Below, piece by piece: positions 47,072-55,669 of a DNA stretch of 55,669 bases (position 1 is its first letter; every line of letters begins with the position of its first letter). The stretch is from assembly GCA_943704415.1 (NCBI GenBank), contig CALSCO010001030.1:62001-117669 (forward strand), written 5' to 3'. This stretch comes from Parvularia atlantis (taxonomy: Eukaryota). Position numbers and translations under genes: made by a program. The notes beneath the pieces were generated by a model. It was not told the DNA's origin. It saw nothing but the letters and a program-made list of their open reading frames with translations, and ran no database searches.

Positions 47072-48889
47072 CCGCGCAGGTCATCTGCTACCGCGAGAAG
47101 CTCGGCTACGACGACGTGTCGCTGTCGATCGTGCTCGACGCCGACCTGAGCGCGGCGACCGACCTCGACGGTGCGCGCAGCCGCTGTGCGCGCGTTTGCG
47201 CTTGACACACAGTGTGCGCGACAGACGCCAAGACGTGCCCGAAGGTGGTCGGCTGGGAGAAGAACGAGCAGGACAAGCTGCAGCCACGCTTCGTCGACCT
47301 CGCGGCGATGATGGACCCGAAGCGGTGCGGCGACCGCGCGCGCGGCCGCGGCACGGCTCACACGCGTGCACGCAGCCTCGCCGAGACGTCAGCGGACCTC
47401 AACTTGAAGCTGATGCGCTGGCGCCAGCTGCCCTCGCTCAACCTCGAGGTCGTGTCGTCGTCCAAGTGCCTGCTGTTTGGCGCGGGCACGCTCGGGTGCA
47501 ACGTCGCGCGCACGCTGATGGTGCGCACGCGGAGCTGCCGAGGCGTCGGCGCGGTCTGAAGCGTGCGCACCAGGGCTGGGGTGTGCGCCACATCACCTTT
47601 GTCGACAACGGCAAAATCTCGTTCTCGAACCCCGTGCGGCAGGTGCGCCGCCATGCCAGGGCAGCAGCAGCGCGGCAGCTGAAGCTCCCGCTCGCACACC
47701 AGTCGCTCTTCAGCTTCGACGACTGCCTGGACGGCGGCAAGGCCAAGGCGCCCGCGGCGGCCGAGGCACTCAAGCGCATCTTCCCTAGCATGGTAAGCGT
47801 GGTGTGTGGCCGCGCTCGTGTGGCTCACGCGCGTCGGCGCAGGTCACGGTGGGCCACAACATCTCAGTGCCGATGCCCGGCCACCCCGTCACGTCTGAGA
47901 CGCAGACGGCGGCCGACGTCGGCCTGATCGAGCGCCTGATCAACGAACACGACGTCGTGTTTCTGCTGATGGACACGCGCGAGAGCCGCTGGCTGCCGAC
48001 GATGCTGTGCGCGGCCAAGAACAAGGTAGCGACGGGGCTGCGGAATTTGCGCGGCCGTGAGCTCACGCGCGCGCGGGTGCGCTGCGTCAGCTCTGCATCA
48101 ACGCCGCGCTCGGCTTTGACACGTTCATGGTCATGCGGCACGGCGCCAAGGCCGTCCCGGCCGGCGCGGATGCCGCGGACGCCGAGCTGGGTCTCGGGTG
48201 CTACTTCTGCAACGACGTCGTCGCGCCGACCGACGTGCGTCCTCGGGGCGCGCGCGGCCGTTTCGCGGGGGCTGAGACGCGCGCTGCCAGTCGATGTCGG
48301 ACCGCACGCTCGACCAGCAGTGCACGGTGACGCGCCCGGGCCTGTCGTTTGTGGCGAGCGCACTGGCGGTCGAGCTGATGGTGGCCCTGCTGCATCACCC
48401 GCTGCGGTGTGCCTCGGCGTGCGCCTGTCCTTGCCTGTTGCGACTGATCACATGTGTGCGCGCTGGACAGGCACGCCGCACCGGCCGACGTGGCGAGACC
48501 GACCTCGGCGCCCATCAGCCAGGAGTTGGGCCTGCTGCCGCACCAGGCAAGGGCGCCCCTTTTGTGACATGCGGCGTGGCGTGCCTGACGACGCCGTCGC
48601 AACAGGTCCGCGGCTTCCTCACGCACTTTGCGAACCTGCTCGTGGTCGGCCAGGCCTACGCCAAGTGCACGGCATGCTCGGACGAGGTGCCGGCGTGCCG
48701 GCGCTGTTGTACCGCTGACGCGGAATGCTGCAGGTGGTCGGACGGTACCGCGGCGAGGGCCTCGCGTTCCTGTACAAGGCCTTCAACGACCCCAAGTACC
48801 TCGAGGACGTGACGGGCCTGACCAAGCTGCACGCCGACACGGAGACGGCCGTCGAGGCGTGGGAGGGCGCGGAGGACGACGACTTCTGA
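45974..48889 (+). CDS. ATG7: Autophagy E1-like enzyme ATG7, 14 introns (3 GC-AG)
   Basis: [83 protein letters not shown] (catalytic Cys), CTACS. Confidence 0.97.
47029..47068 (+). repeat. (CA)20 microsatellite in an ATG7 intron
   Basis: Read directly; begins within the CTCAC branch motif. Confidence 0.95.
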
Positions 48890-48965
48890 GGGCGTTGCGT
48901 TGTGTCTGTTCACAGAAGGGGGTTACACGCAGCGAGCGGGCAAGACAAAGCACGGTCAAGTGGGG

Positions 48966-50486
48966 TCACAGCGGCGCGACGGCCAGGCCCTCGATCTCCT
49001 CGCGGCCGGCGTCGTTCTGCGCGCGGTGGGCGGCGTTGGCCGCGCCGGCCGGGTCCGCGTTGGCGTTGGCGTTCGCTGCGGCACCCGCGTTGGCGTTGGC
49101 GTTCGCGTTGACACCGGCCGCGCCGTTGTTGTTGGCCAGCACAGGCGGCACGTTGCTGCGATGCGCGCACGGGTGTCAGCGCTGTCAGCGGCCTCGGCGC
49201 GGGCACATACACGGCGGGCAGCGGCGCAAAGTCCGTGACCGGCAGCAGTGATGTGAAAAACGGGACAACCACGTCAAGCAGATCCTGCCGCGCCGCGTCA
49301 GCCCGCGCGCCACGGCACAGCGAGGCGGCGTGCCTTCCACGGGCCGGCCGGCTCGTCTGGTGCCGGTGTTGCGTCGGCCGCTAGTGCCGCCGGCTGCTGG
49401 GCCTGCGGCTGCTGCTGCGGCGGCGGGTTGCGCGGGCGGCGCCGCTGCGGTGCGGGCAGGCGCATGGCGAGCTGGACGCTGCGCACACCCCCGGTCCCGT
49501 CAGCCGTGCCACGCGCTCGGCGCGGCCCTGCGCGCACATGAAAATGGCCACCGCGGCCGTGATGAGGACGGACATGCGCATCCAGCCGCCGCCCTGCGCA
49601 AAAACAAACACTGCCGACGCGCTGATCAGCCGGCCGCACAATGAGGGCATGCAAACGTGCGCACCCATGAACGCCAGCCGCGCCAGCATCGCGAGCACGT
49701 CTATGAGCCCGAGCGGCTGCGGCGCGCCGTCGTCTAGCCCGCCCGCGGCCGGTGCTGCCTCTGCCGCTGCTGCCGGTGCCGCCTCGGCCGGAGCAGGTGC
49801 TGGTGCCGGAGCCGCGTCCGCGTCCGCTGCGGCTGCGGGGTCGGCCGGCGGGTCGTCGTGCGCCGGCGCCGTGTTGGCCGTGGCCGACGCGGCCAGCAGC
49901 TGCTCCCACGTGGGAGTTCCCGCGGCGGGCGTGGGGAGTGCGGCGCCGTGCAGCAGCGGCGCGATGAGGTACGGCCGCCCGCTGTTGTGGCGTTCGCGTC
50001 AGCCAAAAGTGCCCACGGCGCGTCATGTGACGCACTTGAGTAGTACGACAGGCAGGCGCGGCGACGCCGGCACGGCGCTCGCGGGCGCGGTGCCAGCGCC
50101 GGTGTCGGGCGTGACAACGAGGTGGATGGACGCGGCGGCGCGGCCATGGAGCGTGACCTGCGTGTGCGCCGCGGTGAGGGAATCGGCGAGGCGGGCGAGG
50201 CGCGCTCCGGTACACGCACGACGGGCGCGAGGACGGCGGCGAGCGCGTCGGCGTCGCGCAGCTCCTTGCCGGCGAAGATGAGCCGCTGCGCCGCGGGCGC
50301 CGGGTGCAGGGGGTGCTCGCGCATGATGAGCGCCTGTCACGCGTCTGTGAGTCGCGACATCGGCCGACCGCGCACGCACGCGCGCGCGCGCACCTTGAGC
50401 TGCCCGACGCTCATGGCGGTGCTGCGCAGCACGAGCTGCAGCGGCGCGTTGTCGGCCGGCGTGAAGACAGAGAGGACCAAGGCCAT
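48966..50486 (-). CDS. HERPUD: HERP-like ER membrane ubiquitin-like protein (ERAD), about 6 introns
   Basis: N-terminal Ubl SVGQLKALIMREHPLHPAPAAQRLIFAGKELRD..IHLVV; internal QYVVVNGRPYLI-like segment; TM hairpin; C-terminal PFFTSLLP. Confidence 0.75.
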
Positions 50487-50499
50487 GGCGCGGTTGCGG

Positions 50500-50518
50500 C
50501 GTGGCAAGCGCCGATTGG
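50500..50518 (-). promoter_or_regulatory. ERSE consensus CCAAT-N9-CCACG upstream of the HERP-like gene
   Basis: The minus strand reads CCAAT CGGCGCTTG CCACG, ending 13 nt before the ATG at 50486. Confidence 0.6.
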
Positions 50519-50637
50519 ATATAGATATGTATCAAACGTGTTCTCCACTCGATTTTACCCGACAGGCACGCCGCGCTGCTAGCCGCGCGTCCAGTGTGGC
50601 TGTCGCTCACGTCGCGCTCGCGCTCGGCGCAGCAGCG

Positions 50638-52503
50638 ATGCCGCTCGCGCGTCGCATCGTCCACGCGCCGCCGCTCGAGACCGGCCCGGCGGCCGCACAG
50701 GGCCGCCAGCCCGACGAGGTGCTGACGCGCGTGAGCGTGCACCAGTTCAGCCGCGGTGCGCGACGCGCCCTTTTTGTTGTTGTTTTTCCTGAGCCGTGCG
50801 CGCGTCCGCAGCCATCAAGCAGCTGAGCGACCTGTCCAAGTACGCGACCGAGCTGTTTGAGGGTGCGCACGGGCACACCGCCGACGCGCTGGTGTGGGCT
50901 CACAGGCCGCCGCAGAGCTCATCACCCTCGCGACGCTGTCGTCGGACCGCGTCGTCGCACTGCGCGGCCGCGTCAACGTCGTGCAGCAGGCCCTGCCGAC
51001 GCTCGAGTCGCGCATCGTGCGCGCGGCCAACCCCAACACGGTGCAGATCGAGCGCAGCGAGTGGAAGAGCGCGCTCGCGCTCGACGACCAGCTGTTCACC
51101 AAGTCGTCCGAGAACAAGTCGGTCCTCGCCGTCCGCTTCGAGTGCGCCCCGCCGCCCAACCTCAAAATCCTCGACCAGTACCGCGAGGACAAGCAGCCGT
51201 GCATGAAGGTGTGCGGGCGGAATCGCACGTGGAGGGCCGCTCACGCGCAGCGCACAGCTGTACTCGTACCCCGAGTTCTTCATCGAGGAGTGGAAGAAGC
51301 TCATGGCCAAGGAGGACGAGGAGCGGCGCAAGGCCCGCGCCGAGAAGAAAGCCGAAAAGAAGAAGAAGAAGGTCGGCAAGGCCGCCGACGATCCCAAGAA
51401 GCGCGTCAAGGAGATCGAGGTCAAGCGCTACAACGCCCAGGGCGAGCTGCTCTCGTCCGCGGCCAAGCACAGCTCGCAAGACGGCCTCTCGCACATCGCT
51501 GCCGGCGCCGCGCCCGCCGCGGGCAAGATCGGCGCGCCACCGCCCTCGTTCGCGCCGCCGCCTCCACCCTCGTTCGCGCCGCCGCCGCCGCCCTCGTTCG
51601 CGCCGCCGCCGCCTCCGGGAGGCGCGCCTCCGCCACCCCCACCGAGCAAGGGCATGCTGCCCCCACCGCCCGCCGGGGCCATGCCGCCGCCGCCGCCGAC
51701 CGGCGCGATGCCCCCGCCGCCGCCTGGCCAGTTCAAGCCGCCCGTGCCTGGCGACGTGCCGCTGCCGCCGCCGCCGCCGCCCTCGTCTGCGATGCCCCCG
51801 CCACCGCCGCCGTCGGTGCGTCGCTGCGACCGCACGCGCTTCTGCATCGTCTGTGACGTGTTGAGTCGCAGAACCCGCCGCCCGGCATGTTTGGTGGCCT
51901 TCCGCCGCCGCCGCCGCCACCGCCAAGCGACAGCATGCCGCCGCCGCCGCCACCGGCCGGCCCTGGTCACGGGTGCGGCGCGCATGCCGCCACAACGCCG
52001 TCCTGACTGCTGCCGAGCGCAGGTTTGGCGCGATGCCGCCGCCGCCGCCCCCGCCGCCCGCGGACGGCATGATGGCGATGGGTGCGGGTGCGCCGCCGCC
52101 ACCGCCGCCGCCGAGCATGGGCTTCAGCGCGCCGCCGCCGCCGCCCTGTGCGTTTCTTTCTCCTCGTCTGCGGCGCGCCTTGCTCACTCGCCCGCAGCCG
52201 CCCCCGCCGCGCCGCCGCCACCGCGCGTGGCCGACCCAGACTCGCTCGAGGCACGCTCGGGCGACCTGCTGCTGTCGATCCAGCGCGGCGTGCGTTTCTT
52301 TTGGCGCGGGCGCTGGTCGCACTCACACACACACCCACGCGGTCGCGCAGGTGCAACTGCGCAAGGTCGTGGAGCAGCCCAAGAAGCGCGAGACGAACCT
52401 GGACAGCGGCAACAACGTCGCGGCGATCCTGGCCCGGCGAATCGCGATGGAGGCGAGCGACTCCGAGTCGGACGACGACGACGACGACGACGCGTGGAAC
52501 TAA
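50638..52503 (+). CDS. WASF: WAVE/SCAR Arp2/3 activator, about 7 introns
   Basis: WHD domain (IKQLSDLSKYATELFEEL, CAPPPNLKILDQYREDKQPCMKLYSYPEFFIEEW), basic region, poly-Pro, WH2 (DLLLSIQRGVQLRKV), C (NVAAILARRIAM), A (SDDDDDDDAWN*). Confidence 0.95.
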
Positions 52504-52718
52504 CGGGCGGCGCGCGCCCTTCAGTTGCTTCAGGAGTCTTCTCTCGCTTTCTCCCCCCTCCTCCCGTGTGTAGGTGCGTTGTTTGGTCCGTCGTTTGGTC
52601 AACGAGCAATAAGAACGTGCAAAAGTGGTGGGTGGGGGGTTGGTGCGGCGTGAGGGGGAAAGTGTGCAGGTGAAGTGCTTGAGGGGGCGCGCGGGGGGAA
52701 GCACCCGGAGGTGCCCCG

Positions 52719-53153
52719 TTACTCCTCGGCGATGGGCGCGAGCACGACCGACGAGGCCGAGGACGCGCGGGGCATGCCCGTGCGCAGCCGCCCGCCCAGG
52801 CTGGTCGCGACCTGGTGGTCCCCGCGCGTGTAGCCAGCGGACCCGGGGCTGGTGGGTCTTGAGCCGTCGGCAAACATCTCGGGCTCGAGCCGCGGCGAAA
52901 AAACGTGCCGGGGCGACTGGCGCGGCGAGTGCTGGTGCGAGCCCGCGCTGTCGTCGCCGAGCTGCGCGCCGTCGCCGGGGCCGAGCGAGAGGCTGCCGCG
53001 GCTGCTGGCCATGCTGCTCGCTGTCGAGTTCCCGAGGCTGCTGTCGTCGGCGCCGGTGCTGCGCGGGCTGCTCGCGCGCCCAAAGAGCTTGAGGACGGAG
53101 GCGGCGGCGGCCGAGAGCTCGCTGTCGGACGGGGCGGCGACGGCGGCGGTCAT
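52719..53153 (-). CDS. Intronless 144-aa Ser/Pro-rich, probably disordered protein of unknown function
   Basis: ATG-TAA ORF with GC3-biased codons filling the gap between WAVE and PGAP3; ends in LAPIAEE. Confidence 0.55.
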   Translation of the reverse strand: MTAAVAAPSDSELSAAAASVLKLFGRASSPRSTGADDSSLGNSTASSMASSRGSLSLGPGDGAQLGDDSAGSHQHSPRQSPRHVFSPRLEPEMFADGSRPTSPGSAGYTRGDHQVATSLGGRLRTGMPRASSASSVVLAPIAEE

Positions 53154-53441
53154 TTGCGGCGGTCGGGTCGGGACGGGTCGGGGCGGGACTGGGTTAGGGA
53201 AAACGTGCAGTCCACGGGGTCAGGGGTGAGATCGAGGCTTGGAAATCGCCGAAGTGTCTGTTTTCGTGTTTCATCGCGCGGTTTGCCTCCGCATCGCTGA
53301 CGATTGAGGCCTCGGCCGCAGTCGGCGAACGGCGCCACGGTCGCAAGGCGCGGTGCACAGCGTGGTGCGCGGTCGCCGGGCAAGATTGGCCGACGCGCAG
53401 ATGCGCCCAGGCGCGAGCGCACGAGATCTGCTGCCCACGCA

Positions 53442-53478
53442 GCCTTGGCCACAATGTCACACGGCCTTGGCCACAATG
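53442..53478. repeat. Non-coding 15-bp direct repeat (GCCTTGGCCACAATG x2, 22-bp period)
   Basis: Identical copies at 53442-53456 and 53464-53478. Confidence 0.85.
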
Positions 53479-53559
53479 CTCATACGTGTGTGGTCTGGGC
53501 CATGTGCCCACAGCTGCCTGCCCGGCTGCTGCCCAGGATAGATGCAGGCCACAAAGAGC

Positions 53560-54777
53560 TCACTCACCCTTGCGCAGAAAGTGCCGCGTGTCGTGGTCCT
53601 CCTTGAGGAAGCGGTACCAGAGCGGCACCTGCGCGGCGGCGGCGTCACGACAAGCACGCACGCACGCACGCGGCACACGAGCAAGCGCACCACGGCAATC
53701 GTCCACGCGTGCCACAGCGCGTGCGCGTCCACGGCGAGCGCGATGGGCGGAAAGTCGAGCAGCTCGAGCGCCATGCCCAGGCTGAACAGCACCACGACGA
53801 GCAGGCACCAGCGCGCCTGGGGCGGCCGCTTGGCGACCCACCAGCCGAACCTGCGCGCCGCGGTCAGCCCGCGAAGCTGCAGGACCAGTGCGCACGCGCG
53901 CACCACAGCAGCCCGTGCAGCGCGCCCACAGCCACGTTCACGACCATGTTCCACCCGTAGTCGAACTTGACGATGGTCATGTAAGCGACGTGGCTGAAGT
54001 AGGCGAGCGCGAACGGCGCGAGGAGCAGCATGCGGCGCATGGGGTCGCGCACCTGCATCGCGGCGTCGGCAGCGTGAGCACCGCGACGAGCGCGAGCCGG
54101 CATGCGCGCACGCACGTCAAAGACGCGCACGGCGGCGAGGTAGCAGCCGGCCACCGTCAGCAGCGTCGCCGAGAAGTAGTCGAGGCGCTCGGTCCAGGGC
54201 AGGTCGCGCGTGTGGAACACGGCCGACCAGACCCACGTGTTGATGCCGATGGCGGTGTAGACGGCGACGATCTGGACGTGCGCGCGTGTGCTCAGCCGTG
54301 CACGCGCTCGCGCCGGGCCCGCACGCACCCCGTTCATGTGGTCGCCCCGCTCGGCCACGTCGCCAAAGTAGTGCCGCGCGCACAGGACGTACATGGCCAG
54401 GTTGAGCAGCGAGAAGACGACCGAGGCCGGCTCCTGCATCCCGAGCACGCGCACGAACGGCCACTTGCCGTTGTACTGCAGCAGCGTCGTCCCGCTCGCC
54501 TGGTCGGCCGCGACCATGTCGTGCATGCACCCGTACTTGCAGTTGTCGGCCCACGTCCACCCGGTCAGGTGCAGGTCCCATCTGCGCGCGCCGTTTCGGT
54601 CGGACCGCGTGCGCGCGCGCAACACCCGCACCTCAGCGCCGGCCGCGACGCCGTCGGCACCGACATGCACTTGACCACGCACTGCTTGAACCGCGGCTCC
54701 TGGTCGCCCGCCGACGCCTGCGCGCCGCGCCCCCCGAGCGCCAGCGCCGCGACCGCGAGCACAACCAGCAGTTGCAT
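53560..54777 (-). CDS. PGAP3: GPI remodelling protein Per1/PGAP3, about 5 introns
   Basis: [88 protein letters not shown]. Confidence 0.95.
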
Positions 54778-54788
54778 GACAACACAGT

Positions 54789-55669
54789 TCACATGCCGAC
54801 GCGTCTCACTGGTGTCCCGGGCTCGCGCCGGCGCACAGCCGCCCCGCCGCCCCCGCCCCCGCCCGCGCTCGCGCCCGCCGGCGCGCCCGTTGGCGTGCTC
54901 GCGCGCAGGCCCGGCGTGACGATGCGCGAGCGCGACTCGACCTTGACCGTCGCCGTCTGCTGCGCCTCCTGTTCGCGCTGGCGCTGCTTGAGGGCCTCCT
55001 CCAGCTCGAGCTCCATCTTGTTGATCTCGTGCTTGTGCTCCTTGCGCTTGTTCTGCCCACGCGCGCGTCAGCGCCGCCGCGCCACCAGCCGCGCCGCGCG
55101 CCGCCGCACCGCTCGCGAGTAGTCCGACTCCTTGACCGAGAAGAACATCGGCCCGAGCTCGGCCAGCCAGTGCGCGTCGACCGACGTGACGCACTGCATG
55201 TACTCCTTGGACGTCATCACGAGCTCGTTGTACACGACGTAGTCGGGCGAGTCTGCGGCGCGGGCGTGAGCGTGACACGAACGCCCGCGCCGGTGGCACC
55301 GCCCACGCACAGCCCAGGCCGTACAGCGCCGACGTCGGGTGCAGGTGGCACGGCATGCCCGTGCGCAAGTTGACGTACTCCCCGATGCCCTTCTGCTTGG
55401 CCGCCTGATGGAAGTACGCCGAGCAGATCGCCTTGCGCACGACGTCCCTGCCCCCGCGCCGCACCTGTCAGCGCTCACCTGCTCGCGCGCCCAATAGTGC
55501 GCCGCACGAGCGCACCAGTTGGTCCCGCACGACGAGTAGTCCATCTTCTCCGTCTTCATAATGTCGACCAGCTGCGTCCGCACCTCGCGCGCCTTGCGCA
55601 TCGCCTTGGCGTGGATAAAGTGCTCGTCGCACCAGTCGTCGCGGTAGCTGCGTGCGCCTTGCTCAGCGT
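54789..55669 (-). CDS. DHX38: DEAH-box splicing helicase Prp16/DHX38, 3' part only
   Basis: [74 protein letters not shown], tail GTPVRRVGM*. Confidence 0.93.

Noticed and set aside
53385..53395. ERSE-II-like ATTGG-C-CGACG
   Set aside because: It has a mismatch in the CCACG core and no recognisable ER-stress gene downstream.
1..55669. U12-type (AT-AC) introns, introner-like repeated introns, or an alternative genetic code
   Set aside because: All traced introns are GT/GC-AG with U2-type signals and no near-identical intron pairs were noticed. Conserved proteins translate with the standard code and have no internal stops.

Overview
A very GC-rich (about 70% by eye), extremely compact, intron-dense eukaryotic gene array. 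It is most likely from a unicellular opisthokont: the ERG2, Scm3 and NTF2 proteins look fungal-type, while HERP, SARAF, WAVE and PHTF-like genes are also present. The architecture resembles what I recall for the nucleariid Parvularia, but that is inference. Manual splicing (donor GTGCG or GCACG, branch CTGAC/CTCAC, acceptor YAG, introns mostly about 45-75 nt) gives about 29 protein-coding genes with roughly 230 introns and intergenic gaps often only 11-90 nt. Most long ORFs in the supplied track are intron read-through or antisense shadows. No rRNA, tRNA, CRISPR array or mobile element was seen. Best leads: (1) a 17-exon gene fusing an N-terminal membrane anchor and kinectin/p180-like coiled coil to an eEF1B GEF domain that has lost its conserved catalytic lysine; (2) a perfect animal-type ER-stress element (CCAAT-N9-CCACG) just upstream of a HERP homolog; (3) a PHTF/7TMIC-like multi-pass protein; (4) the centromere genes CENP-K and Scm3 nearly adjacent; (5) divergent start codons only 13-15 nt apart, and an 11-nt stop-to-start gap; (6) an excess of GC-AG introns. 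All family calls rest on motif recognition, not database searches.
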